Positions 58,301 through 64,000 of a DNA stretch of 64,000 bases are shown here, one piece after another. The notes beneath the pieces were generated by a model, which made no database searches, was not told where the DNA came from, and saw only the letters and a list, made by a program, of their open reading frames with translations. Position numbers and translations under genes: made by a program. The stretch is from the IMG/VR virus record IMGVR_UViG_3300005662_008418; one strand, given 5' to 3'. Within the stretch, counting starts at the first letter, position 1; every line of letters begins with the position of its first letter. Origin of the DNA: an uncultured virus (IMG/VR IMGVR_UViG_3300005662_008418). Taxonomy: Duplodnaviria; Heunggongvirae; Uroviricota; Caudoviricetes.

Positions 58301-58422
58301 GTAGCAACATTTTGAAGCGTAGAAGCTGCCTTCTGCTCAGCAATAGGAATTTCTGGATCGTAATCGCCATCCTCCGTGGCTATCACGGCAGCGTGCCAAT
58401 ATATTTTTCTACGTATTATCAT
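49369..58422 (-). CDS. giant 3017-aa beta-rich protein with RCC1-like and FG-GAP/integrin-alpha-like repeats (putative virion adhesin)
   Basis: RCC1-like: IYSWGGGNHGQ, KVAAG, IDAGNGIVCAI, AAIGRKHQILA. FG-GAP-like: FGYSVSI...IIIGAPG, FGHVV...AVGAP, VLIGSP. Confidence 0.75.
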   Translation of the reverse strand: MIIRRKIYWHAAVIATEDGDYDPEIPIAEQKAASTLQNVATESIDEYEWLRTSASSFIYGVKNCNKISISLAVDESGQVIDRSGGVTTGLRANNADVAPGEIRFILPPSVLLELLGDPIEVKNVTEFINLPKKPIRYRLFAVYRSGPGISCDDNSTPDSYFSSENIPDEVVPSNDGVSRAAFASAMGPISDLDANGQETGFYVKMKQHDPIERIGCCDIVVGGETSSSSSSSSISIAECPTTAVAGFSSTASEYRIWMVRQNIQNKYDCDPGVSELVYADISSAIDTLTGDISPSAIRWHHAGFINFEDAYAKSYSGLANMVSYANESGNRSQMRLLAPEMFDISKNMAVNVQHIAWDNRGFLWALCSGGFKMQTSDIESGNFITTEGVYRLIPGGWYNLSSKIYSWGGGNHGQKTAASLIDGLNASILKVAAGFVENNATPYCSFSIILDSEGFIHVRNEGTSSIGGSVISYPDFNASGERFAEIDAGNGIVCAITNAGKLMAWNLANPNHSFYTQYQEAVDDANASTQQYLHCAVSLENPNGGGFVIASRSDGRTVDSFPVGDTTGLAAKVQAELPAGSVINKVIAGRFFAAVKYTDSNGHGKIMSSGQMGGLLSSALVDAAIVGKDVLEADAGGDFIAICARDQGSTELPLLATITPTISSTVSFPDDLRISFADGIQASNVYCGLNRIISSSSEDLISTFGADDYAYALVNSSTTPEGGLGRSVATGIHARDGVGGVRKYAVMVAGNTGDINNGSVSIFVKFLTDVVIAPASPARPDGEWKFLAKVFADQFTSLLPSGQDMSSSEFGYSVSIANNNDIIIGAPGKGKVCILRKTGASVTYNVHAVISAPADIPSVNRFGHVVQWMPLKTQHGVIAVGAPVADGNPTATGGAVVMSEYSSTGTVNAVTTSFFADDFITGTFTGGKFGTSIDYAIPSVPIGGVLDATRYNMAITDPFHKFVLQINAKYTSSTIMEIVGSVDKIELAGSNDKFATQVKYSHRSAAAADRQTQLLIAWAQDAVINLSGRQGIVWAIDSDINESDGTLHYSFLNSNQQLGIGTFPTSSGLIFGSKIDASGGVVVVQGSIPVTPNVSHRNAYFIYKMSEQKLSDLPPGSAEGSPSPSNAIWELVEVFNDQNVSGVIYPGCSVLFARNIHGHEVLIGSPARFQPSGHTKQGKIFVLPQNDYPIGIGRRLHDIPDAVKNTPISCAAIGRKHQILAAKGDNYYDIPSYSDARLCTASRINNNGAVFDQSLTIAVPKLDPITRVPVNPSIYHFGSMAAFVVDSNTVLSNYDTTILPIYSDGAKTIRVAEMHWKPFKVLDRPIDYENLTFTGTGLFKVLCDGTGNPIPNAIPGQSGAFSTPRLEEDGVADADIDSQLIARNFISSAQVYYIPGTESNAGRYVSSAVGSVSNNVSINPISNPNNPLDPIVANIEFVPLHAFSIYKNVFYPAYLSEGSSTLCQTALLNPVIWAYYGTWFNVQANTAAGAFTDTYGFRLLSPLVYPNNTLNWRNLNGTTVDPPGTPGDTDSNPLPDNLRYGRKVFWNTLSANKNSSIIGRIKLVNADIALSILQPSYANNLSFAAYDTLNWHKSLSHMTDTVQNVRVLQRQSVEDPDNNPLTNSIVYSGVTNSLGWPTGRFRPQVCNNSNYNVFNSFNDIHQPWSTQDPITTPLIVGARHVPLEIGDIYKQHIMASSNTNAYIRFAFQDFLGRGAGILVSHRGTRVCWNPIAWPVLRNQLSLLPGLISQYDYYLDAAERLTDRSTGIEPGWSNADRNIGITTDQECIIGGISTFPAPSSSFTASYGIVSGRVSVIDGSTSVNTSNSQIGYLYSLKGVDQPNNTRVPVDFDDGSFVVPPALHAIGCAGLYIDTGVPDQNELVILSSATFSCGSTSSDGPAISARQHLWLQKRKCNGASFPTTAALENVATTLPNPTVNELKTKGLLLANNHCSFRKIVGCPYVCGSNTLLKTVQNHTDINVWNVAGDNLSGIAIIAIGGRALAMRTNVNGLSALTTFISENTIAAQMSTVVSNTIRTGSYYNLWIAAFDNTLVSPPEKFGRTISRFVDSFDIEMAVSLGGGIAFKINNEAHVWYAGYIYKITHNLGVNSIGPAIVTDVTSTVYGTLNDEISKIGPGSSFAGDFIQGFVSGYANDGWFIISNTRENTDVLYVFKIDGGQLTLDSSLSRTDLDFETNEFINLPFKLAITIDSTGTSLSVGGHKFATETDTEDNFSTQYITGYDNADLIQVFARTDAGGSPWILSGSLTSSSVTETQDAPISSFVETSMIHETGTFKYLVAISGSDLSFSSEIYPFYEATNATLRSKPGKMHTFELNPTAAPSAVGECNDLLAVSNASFVGSTYSNLNFWCSVPMTAHNGTQSMAYSSADNVMYFSTLGYIGAMQSSGEGSWDLKRMSSTSHAFAQVSAFKYPFPASSCTICATQSQSDFGMYKPPRIGSGIVSGNMSGGKRALAFRPSSTPSLIAIDDAPNSVAPDTPASAGITDVIDSYASIDSAPYMHKLNSTPRALEWDVLNGYKLSYSPSSRSFVKRYELESSPQFGNGLTLVSGSTFSPIYAASFANCPPVWDAEAGMWSWGGIKPIRLSSSHTYSRNGSPNGPLMQMSWSDVFGLACFSFNTSNIYAFRETVRSNVSHTDDLSDDNINEMKSFRETTVVESGTDSSTRGGQIIRINSPASLNGTITSSNIVNNFNSTGIGSRFMIDGPGSVVVAATNASANAKDVTHVCKSGIPLFARDRSSSSLGPVLLLIDDSTIMGNTLPESANYYISAYDSIPDEEDISLPYGMSDDAYPQFYSRTSGSGHTKYAVDNNASLFERSKMKRTMRAISRMLDPVYGDLFLGDEILIACSSALNPTSPSSQIYPSAVSGISSPFKCVCQSELIRASMRIDTWNARSTTDIFSKIFDFSANIRGGIFSTISPPSIVNKFAHVVIFCSDISLPASVDPQSFAQKIMQELTAVGNAGLLRSDGSIHVVDLNPSVQMDFKKELGGYGTYCAWRGGGS

Positions 58423-58439
58423 TGACTTTTATATCCCTA

Positions 58440-60152
58440 TCAGAATAGTCCACCATTAATGACTCTTCGGTCTTCACTATACAAGTATCTTACCTTCATC
58501 GGTATACGCAAATCTACATTTTGAGCATTTACTGGCACTCTGAATGTAGAGGTTAAAACAAGAAATTCATCTTTTGTTTTCTCTCCTTTTTGATCCCAAT
58601 CCTTGAATTGAAACCCTATTCCAGCAATAACTTCTTCGACAGAGAATGAATTACCGAATTCATCAACAGGCGGAAAGCCGAATCTTGGTTGCACCAACAT
58701 CCAGCGTGATGTTGAATCAGACGTTATGCTTGCAATTTGCACGATGTCAGTAGTAAAAACAGAAAGATCATCTGGATTAAAGTATAGCACAGTCTTGTTT
58801 GCCTTGGCTACCTCGGCAACAGAAAGAAAGCTACAATCGTATTCCCATGGTCTAAAGGGATCGGGTATGCCTGCCACTCTTTTTGCATTGTTTATTCTGA
58901 AGGGAACAGTAGCGTCTACTGATATCACTTCAGATTGACCTGCATCACGCTTAAGCAGCAGAAGAGAATTACCATTATTCATGACTGGTATGTCATTTAA
59001 CTTTACCATAAATGTATTCGCAATATCGACCAGCCTATTTGGACCATCTAACACTATATTCGCTGGAGCATCGCAATCAATTAGTTCTTCAAATTCCAAC
59101 TTAATAGTGTTAGACACTCCAGCAAATGGCTCTGGATCTAATGCAGATCCTAAGTTCCAATAAAATTCACACATATCATAATCAAATATGCACTTGACAT
59201 CTGCAAAAACTCTCACATTTGCTGTACCTTCAGCAAGACTGGTACTGGCTCTTGCATAAACAGGTATATCTATAAAACATCCATCTAAATCTTGTATGCT
59301 TCTGTTTCTCCTGATATTAGCCATATAGGATTTAAATTGAGGTTGTAGTCTAATTACCCATACCGAAGCGTACCCAGGAAGAGGAAAAATAGATACATAC
59401 TGTCTTACTTCTGATGGTATGGAAGATTGATCAAAACCGACTACATCATTGTCAGAATTTATTACGGGAACTCCTATTCCCATAATAAATCTGTCATCAG
59501 TATCCAGTGCGCTCCTGTCAAATCTTGATCCGCCAAAAGCAATGCCACCAAAATCAGCACGAGACAATATTGATTCTGGACTGACTAAGATATCCCAGGC
59601 ACCAAATGCGTCAAGAACTAAACCAAAATTCCTTGCGACTTTAGAAATTTGCATTTGATAAGATGGATTATTTCTATTGATAGCCAAAAATCCAAATTGA
59701 TCCAAAGATTCTGGACTATTTATGGCAGTAACAGTTGCCGAGATATCCCCTAAATAATCAAGCGTTATATAAGTCACGATTCCAGAAAGTGGAACTATTA
59801 TCTTAGCTGGGAACAGCGTGTATACGGCTCCATCATTATCCTCTTCTGGCTGAGAATAATAAGAGTCTGGCAAAACCGCGAATATGCTTAATGGATTTTG
59901 CCCATTGGTATACGCGACTCTAGCCTGAAACTCAGTAAAGTTAAATATTTTTGACGCTGGCTGATATGTTCCTGATATGTCTCGATATCTAACCAGCAAT
60001 ATAATACTCTGAGCATCTATAGTGTCAAATCTAACTCTATCGAAAACATTAACTCCAGGCGCAAGATAAGTATTGGGAGCGTTGTTTGATACAACGGTTC
60101 CATCCATTTTTATATAGCCACCAAATGCGACCTCAATGCCTTCAGCTGTCAT
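58440..60152 (-). CDS. hypothetical protein, probably structural
   Basis: 570-aa ORF abutting its neighbours in the co-oriented giant-gene block. Confidence 0.7.
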   Translation of the reverse strand: MTAEGIEVAFGGYIKMDGTVVSNNAPNTYLAPGVNVFDRVRFDTIDAQSIILLVRYRDISGTYQPASKIFNFTEFQARVAYTNGQNPLSIFAVLPDSYYSQPEEDNDGAVYTLFPAKIIVPLSGIVTYITLDYLGDISATVTAINSPESLDQFGFLAINRNNPSYQMQISKVARNFGLVLDAFGAWDILVSPESILSRADFGGIAFGGSRFDRSALDTDDRFIMGIGVPVINSDNDVVGFDQSSIPSEVRQYVSIFPLPGYASVWVIRLQPQFKSYMANIRRNRSIQDLDGCFIDIPVYARASTSLAEGTANVRVFADVKCIFDYDMCEFYWNLGSALDPEPFAGVSNTIKLEFEELIDCDAPANIVLDGPNRLVDIANTFMVKLNDIPVMNNGNSLLLLKRDAGQSEVISVDATVPFRINNAKRVAGIPDPFRPWEYDCSFLSVAEVAKANKTVLYFNPDDLSVFTTDIVQIASITSDSTSRWMLVQPRFGFPPVDEFGNSFSVEEVIAGIGFQFKDWDQKGEKTKDEFLVLTSTFRVPVNAQNVDLRIPMKVRYLYSEDRRVINGGLF

Positions 60153-63100
60153 TTATTGACGTCTCCTAATTATATCATTTACTGAATTTCTGATCTCTTC
60201 AGATCCAGATCCAGCCAATGCTCCACTGCCGTTTTCTCCTATAATGATGCTAGGATTGGCTGCTGAATTAACAGATTGATTACTCACAGTCGATGCAGGC
60301 GTGGAAGAACTAAAGGCATTTCCAGTTATCAATGATCTTACAGCTGGGTCATTTCTGGGCCTTTGATCAGAAATAGCTGGATTTGATGGAGCAGAATTTG
60401 ACGGAGCACTTCGTCTGGATACGTTAAAATCGAAATCCAAAGCGAATCCTCCAGAATATGACTGATCTACGGTTTCAACTGCAACATCAAAAATAGAAAT
60501 TCCTGTGTTGACATTAAAAACTGGTTTAGGTTTTTTGATAATATTATAATTATATTCGCCAATATATGGTTCGCTATATGGATCGTACCTATATCTCTTA
60601 TTTGCATAAGGATCGTATGAAGCCTCCCAGTAGGGATCAACCATCAAATTTAACTTCTTAAGAGAAAAGCCTGCTAGCAAACTACTATTATAGATTGCAT
60701 CATATGGATCAATATAAGGCTCAATGTACGGTTCCGAATCATAGTTCCCAGGAGTGGGTACTGGAATAAACTCTTGCTCAGTCTCAGTAATTACGGAAAG
60801 AACCGTGTCCAGTATATTGGTTCGAGGCTTTGGTAATATATTTTTACTGATAAACGATTCTGGATTTACTACCGCAGAACGAGCATGTACTCCAAAAGAC
60901 GCCATTCGATCCTCGATTGATCGAACCAAATTGGCGACTGTCCTATTCTTCCTGTCACTTAAATTAAAATCAAAATATCTTGAATCATAAATCATATTAG
61001 AAATAGAAATCACTGGAATGTATCCAAGATTGCAATCCGTAGAATCAGATCTCCGAGATCGCAGTAGAACTTGTGCATAAGAATATCGCGGCGGAGGATT
61101 TGGAGTAGGATAATATGGTTCTACATATGGTTCTACATATGGATCGTAATACGGATCTATATAAGGAGAATTTATAATTTCATCTATGTTAATCTTACTG
61201 GTATTCTTATTGTAATAAGAAATGTATGGTTCATCTGGATTGACATCAAAACCATATGGCTCTATGCCGTATGGTTCGGGCTCAACAGGTGGAGTAGGCC
61301 TTTTTAGCAACTCTAGTCGCAACTTATCAAATGGTATGGGGTCTTCTCTCGCGAGTGTTGCGGTCGGAGTATATGATATGCTCCATCCAAATACATCATT
61401 AATAGTCTCTATGAGATTGCCGAATTTATTTTCATAAACCTTGTAGTTAGAATTGTTTACTTTTACCGTAAAATTTTCGTAAGGATATGAAGATAAAATA
61501 TTCATACTGCAACTAATAGATCCAGTAACTGGTATTCCTATTGATCCATAATCATCGGAATTAACGAATCTTTGAACATTGCCGTTCAATCTTCCCGTTG
61601 ACTTGCAGAATTCATTTAAATCTTCACCGACATTTGATGCGTTAATCCGCAATCCATATCCTCTAAAGTCAATACATGGATTAATATACACTTTTCTTCT
61701 AGAGCTACCATCAAGACCACCCTCTGATTTCAGTGAGGCTTCATGATCGTGTATGAAAGGATTCAAAGCATCATATTTAGATATGCCTGGGTCGTTATAT
61801 TTTATGCCACCAAAAAAATCATTAGTTAATGTACTGTATAAAGCATGCCACTCACCGCCTATTGTAGGAACAGAATTATTTACATAATCATTAGCCGGAT
61901 TATAGGAAATGCCAGATCTTGGCGAATTAAACATGCGCCCAGGACTATAACATATAAATATCGAATTCATGCTGTTTCGAGCAATTTTAGATATTTTTAG
62001 CCCTATAGACGCATTTGTTATCCTATAAGGCTCCGACTGAGACATGCAACTCATGAAATATGAGCCAACTTCTTCATAAAATCTGTGTGGATGGAATGCG
62101 TTTCCTCCAGAAAAATTAACTGATACACCTATTTTAGATGTACCTATGCATGGTCTTCTTTCCAATTGACCACTAAGATCTTTTATAGCATTAGGATATA
62201 AATAGCTTTTAAGTCTGTCTGGTATCTGATATTTTTTAGCAGCATCATCAGATCCGTTTCTTATAAAATATACAGAATCAGCGATAGAGCGCAATGGATA
62301 ATATCTATTGGCTCTTATTGATTCAAAGTCTCCATCATTAGCATGCTGCTCATAAGACTTAATGGATTGCCTCATGAATGCTCTACCAGATCCTCTTGAT
62401 ATGGGCATCGCAAGACTGTATTTATTCAAATTGAATGATTTTTCTGGGCCCCTAGAAAAAATTTGCAATATAGGAGATCCATTATTTGACTGAATGGATG
62501 GATTTAAGTTTTCTACTAATGCTTCCTTAATGGATCCATCGGTATTCCCAAGCCACATTCTATGCGCTGGCAATCCATAACAGGCAGAAAGATGATCGCC
62601 AGCGACAACAGAAATAATCGGAGCATAAGGGGTTGGAGACACAATACCACATTCGCTAAATGTTGGGATAAGACCATTGCAAGCTTGACCGCCCCTGTAT
62701 CCACCAACTTCATTGATGCTTATATTACTATCCAACTCCCCGTTAACTGTGCCTGCTATGTTATTTGATATTAAATAATACAAGTCGCCAATAGTAATAT
62801 CGCTGTGGGGCCAACCCATGTCCTCTAGGTTGTCTCCAGAACCGTATGTAACATGAGAGCCTATCGAATCTGTTTCATATCTTGTCTTTACTCTTAATAA
62901 ATTGGTAAAAGTCCTCAGGTTTGATCCAGATCCGATACTGGTAGTGCATATGATGCCTACATCATTTTTTTGCCTTACACTTCTATTTTTATCTTTAAGT
63001 ATTTGAATGGAAAATGAAACTATATTTTCAACATTAGGCACTGAAAAATTAAATATATTTGCTATATTGTTCGTGCTCTTTACTCTTGCAGCATTTATGG

Positions 63101-63998
63101 CAAAAATATAAGGCATCCTAGACACAAAAGATGTGCCGTCAAGAGTGGGCTGAATTTCTAGATCTGTTTTAAATTCCATTAAAGGAATAGATGGATTTCC
63201 AAATCCCTCCAAACAATAGAATGGATCAGAAACCTCAATCAATGGGTGAACTCTGTTCTCATTAGACCCAACGCTAAGTAATTGGCGCGCTACTAATTGA
63301 TCATAAGCATATAACTGATTATCAAAATTATACAAGCTCATAGAGATCTTGCTTATTTGCTTAAATATATTTCCTCTATAATTGTGCCTACTAGTCAGTG
63401 GCTCTGAATAAACCCCATCTTCTACAATAAAACCCTTATATGAAGGAGCAAGATCGGCAGATGCCTCCAGATTCAAATCAACATCCGTTACATTACCTCC
63501 AGCATCAATATTTGTATCTAAATTTGCAATATGATATATGCATGGCTTGCCACAGTTGGCTGGATCCGTAGATTCAGTTCTGAGTATTTCCTGAATTTCT
63601 TCACGCCTGTTTTCTATAATACTTAATGTTTTATTATTTTCACCCTCTCTAATTTCAACATCTAAAGAATCAAAAAAATTACCTGCTCTAGGCTCTGCAT
63701 AAACTTCGAAAGCAGGTTTTGGCGTAGTTGATATTCGACCTGGAGTGTTTGGATCAACCAGATTGATAGACATATCAAAAGGAAAATATCCCTTTCTCCA
63801 TAGTGGAGCCAGCGTAACCGCAACAATACCACGAGACTGACTAGTTCCCACCATGCTATACATCTCTGGCAATGTAAGAGGAGAATTCGGAGGTATAGAG
63901 AATATGACTGGGGGATCGCCAAGGGCATAAGATCCACCGAATCCTGATTCGTTTGCTGGTATTGACGAATTGACTTTAATATCAAATATAACACGGTC
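60153..63998 (-). CDS. large hypothetical protein with [DE]PY repeats, 5'-truncated by the window edge
   Basis: The frame stays open upstream of 63872 (DRVIFDIKVNSS...LTLPEMY) to the window end. Confidence 0.75.
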   Translation of the reverse strand, partial: DRVIFDIKVNSSIPANESGFGGSYALGDPPVIFSIPPNSPLTLPEMYSMVGTSQSRGIVAVTLAPLWRKGYFPFDMSINLVDPNTPGRISTTPKPAFEVYAEPRAGNFFDSLDVEIREGENNKTLSIIENRREEIQEILRTESTDPANCGKPCIYHIANLDTNIDAGGNVTDVDLNLEASADLAPSYKGFIVEDGVYSEPLTSRHNYRGNIFKQISKISMSLYNFDNQLYAYDQLVARQLLSVGSNENRVHPLIEVSDPFYCLEGFGNPSIPLMEFKTDLEIQPTLDGTSFVSRMPYIFAINAARVKSTNNIANIFNFSVPNVENIVSFSIQILKDKNRSVRQKNDVGIICTTSIGSGSNLRTFTNLLRVKTRYETDSIGSHVTYGSGDNLEDMGWPHSDITIGDLYYLISNNIAGTVNGELDSNISINEVGGYRGGQACNGLIPTFSECGIVSPTPYAPIISVVAGDHLSACYGLPAHRMWLGNTDGSIKEALVENLNPSIQSNNGSPILQIFSRGPEKSFNLNKYSLAMPISRGSGRAFMRQSIKSYEQHANDGDFESIRANRYYPLRSIADSVYFIRNGSDDAAKKYQIPDRLKSYLYPNAIKDLSGQLERRPCIGTSKIGVSVNFSGGNAFHPHRFYEEVGSYFMSCMSQSEPYRITNASIGLKISKIARNSMNSIFICYSPGRMFNSPRSGISYNPANDYVNNSVPTIGGEWHALYSTLTNDFFGGIKYNDPGISKYDALNPFIHDHEASLKSEGGLDGSSRRKVYINPCIDFRGYGLRINASNVGEDLNEFCKSTGRLNGNVQRFVNSDDYGSIGIPVTGSISCSMNILSSYPYENFTVKVNNSNYKVYENKFGNLIETINDVFGWSISYTPTATLAREDPIPFDKLRLELLKRPTPPVEPEPYGIEPYGFDVNPDEPYISYYNKNTSKINIDEIINSPYIDPYYDPYVEPYVEPYYPTPNPPPRYSYAQVLLRSRRSDSTDCNLGYIPVISISNMIYDSRYFDFNLSDRKNRTVANLVRSIEDRMASFGVHARSAVVNPESFISKNILPKPRTNILDTVLSVITETEQEFIPVPTPGNYDSEPYIEPYIDPYDAIYNSSLLAGFSLKKLNLMVDPYWEASYDPYANKRYRYDPYSEPYIGEYNYNIIKKPKPVFNVNTGISIFDVAVETVDQSYSGGFALDFDFNVSRRSAPSNSAPSNPAISDQRPRNDPAVRSLITGNAFSSSTPASTVSNQSVNSAANPSIIIGENGSGALAGSGSEEIRNSVNDIIRRRQ

Positions 63999-64000
63999 AG

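Noticed and set aside
63662..63994. 110-aa minus-strand ORF and the 63872 start call
   Set aside because: The 60153 frame remains open to the window edge, so the short ORF is an out-of-frame overlap and 63872 is probably internal.
13400..63998. Stop-codon reassignment (alternative genetic code)
   Set aside because: ORFs over 3000 aa are intact in code 11, and TAA, TGA and TAG all end genes at tight junctions.
1..64000. Diversity-generating retroelement, retron, integrase or transposase
   Set aside because: No reverse transcriptase, recombinase or transposase motifs were recognised, and no template/variable repeat pair was noticed by eye.

Overview
This window looks like part of a large tailed-phage (jumbo/huge phage) genome read in the standard bacterial code. 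It is gene-dense, with ATGA overlaps, TTG/GTG starts, few Shine-Dalgarno sites and no rRNA or core cellular operons. In order, it holds: (1) a three-gene tRNA cluster, with Val(TAC), an unusual Ser(ACT) and a D-armless TCT tRNA-like gene; (2) a thermonuclease and a C5-DNA methyltransferase carrying a nested alternative-frame ORF; (3) a glycosyltransferase/FkbM cluster and a flavodoxin-like reductase; (4) a 3468-aa multi-glycosidase-like protein; (5) a SNF2 helicase, a Dps/ferritin-like protein and two more glycosyltransferases; (6) a deaminase-tilS pair, an ATPase, a SET-domain protein, a sigma-70-like factor and a dCMP deaminase; (7) a 28-kb co-oriented block of giant, probably structural proteins. 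That block includes two paralogous Cys-rich, poly-Ser proteins ending in Hint domains, an RCC1/FG-GAP protein and a 5'-truncated [DE]PY-repeat protein. Two candidate systems stand out, both hypotheses. One is a glycosylated, self-processing serine-rich fibre system. The other is an anticodon-tuning module (A34 tRNA-Ser, deaminase, TilS) that may match the AGT/AGC-rich poly-Ser tracts. All product calls come from motif recognition by eye; no database search was run.
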